Made by a program: the position numbers and the translations under genes. From Podospora anserina (Eukaryota), in NCBI GenBank assembly GCA_017654855.1, contig CM030336.1, positions 2,790,001 to 2,854,000 on the forward strand: a stretch of 64,000 nt of DNA. Direction: 5' to 3'. The notes below the pieces were generated by a model. It saw only the letters and a list, made by a program, of their open reading frames with translations, did no database searches and was not told the origin of the DNA. Shown here piece by piece: positions 62,927-64,000 of the stretch; the stretch's first letter is position 1, and each line of letters opens with the position of its first letter.

Positions 62927-63785
62927 ATGGCTGACACCAAAATTTCTCCCGCTGCCCCTGAGGGCTTTTCTGAGCGTGAACAGCGCCTCATGATGTTTGT
63001 CCTGCTCCACAGTGACATCACCTCTTTGCAGGCACGTTTCTTTCTTTCTTTCACCACACCGTTGCTTCTCTAGCAGTGCTGACACTTCTTTCTTACAGAT
63101 TGACTACCCTGCTGTTGCCTCCCGCATGGGCCTCACCAATGTCCGCTCCGCCTCCAACGCCTGGGGCACCCTCAAGAAGAAGATTCTTGCCATCGATGCC
63201 CAGGATAAGGCCGCCAACCCTGACAAGGCTGCTGCTGCTGAGGAGAGCACCGCTTCGACCAAGGCCACTACTAAGACCCCCACCAAGGGCAAGCGTGCTG
63301 CTGCCGCCATAACCGAGGGCGATGCCGATGCCGAAATCGCCACTCCCACCAAGAAGCCCCGTGGCAGAAAGCCCAAGGCTGCCACCGCCACCCCCAAGAC
63401 TGAGGATATGGTGACGTCTGAGGATGGCGAGAAGGCCGAGGGCAGTGAGAATACTCCCATCAACCTCGTTACACGCACCGTGACCCCCGTCAAGAAGCCT
63501 CGTGGTCGCGCCGCCGCCAAGATCAAGGCCGAGGCCGCTGCCAAAGCCGTCGCTGAGGTCGGGGCTGCTAACACGAAGACTGTTGCTGCCAAGGAGGAGG
63601 AGGACTTGGAGTCCGAGGTCAAGGATGAATCCACCGTCATTGAGGCCAAAAAGGAGGAGGACGATTTCGAGGAGCTTGTTAGCCCCGAGGATGTCGCCCA
63701 CCTGGAGAAGATTGCCGCTGATGGAATCAAAGCTATCAAGCAGGAGGATCTGGAGGAGGAGGACGAGGATGATGACACCATTTAG
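62927..63785 (+). CDS. Probable chromatin-associated protein: small helical N-terminal domain, Lys/Ala-rich AT-hook-like motifs, acidic tail
   Basis: MADTK..FSEREQRLM..|IDYPAVASRMGLTNVRSASNAWGTLKKK, TPTKKPRGRKPK, KKPRGR, acidic C-terminus. The exons join through a GC-AG intron at 63032-63098. Confidence 0.75.
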
Positions 63786-64000
63786 GTCCTTATTTTCGTT
63801 GACTCACGAACACATTGACCTCATCCTCACTTTACGAATTCTCTGGTAGGGCTTTGATATGGGCAGCTGCGCGGAGTTTGGGAATAGATAGGAGTCTCGG
63901 TTGCGCTTGGAATTTCTCTCCCGTCTTTGGAGCAGACCATAACATGAAGCCTGCATAGTAACGAAGCAATGGGGATATAATGAAATGCCTTTTCTTCAAC

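Overview
Gene-dense window from a filamentous ascomycete. It is probably a Sordariales fungus such as the Podospora group; this is inferred from short GT-AG introns with CTAAC/CTGAC branch sites, RIP-type decay of repeats and HET-domain genes. Core genes are DPH2, an Mch-type MFS transporter, an S10 carboxypeptidase, a Zn2Cys6 factor, PRP17/CDC40, cornichon/ERV14, MAP1 and BNA4. Accessory segments include a DUF6594-like membrane protein head-to-head with a retropepsin-like gene, two secreted GMC oxidoreductases next to a heme-thiolate peroxygenase, and a full-length RIP-destroyed Fot1/pogo-type transposon (53-bp TIRs, TA duplication). The most interesting segment is about 40.5-46.4 kb: a candidate divergent gasdermin-like gene, a TPR-CHAT caspase-like protease and a divergently transcribed C14 caspase-like protease. 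All three are frameshifted, the caspase is cut by LTR remnants, and HET-domain genes lie next to them. It looks like a decaying three-component protease/pore-former cell-death locus. The gasdermin call rests on recalled motif similarity and needs a profile or structure search. The window ends with a CE5-CBM1 acetylxylan esterase, a HET pseudogene, two divergent methyltransferases and an AT-hook-like protein with a GC-AG intron. No rRNA, tRNA or CRISPR array was recognised.
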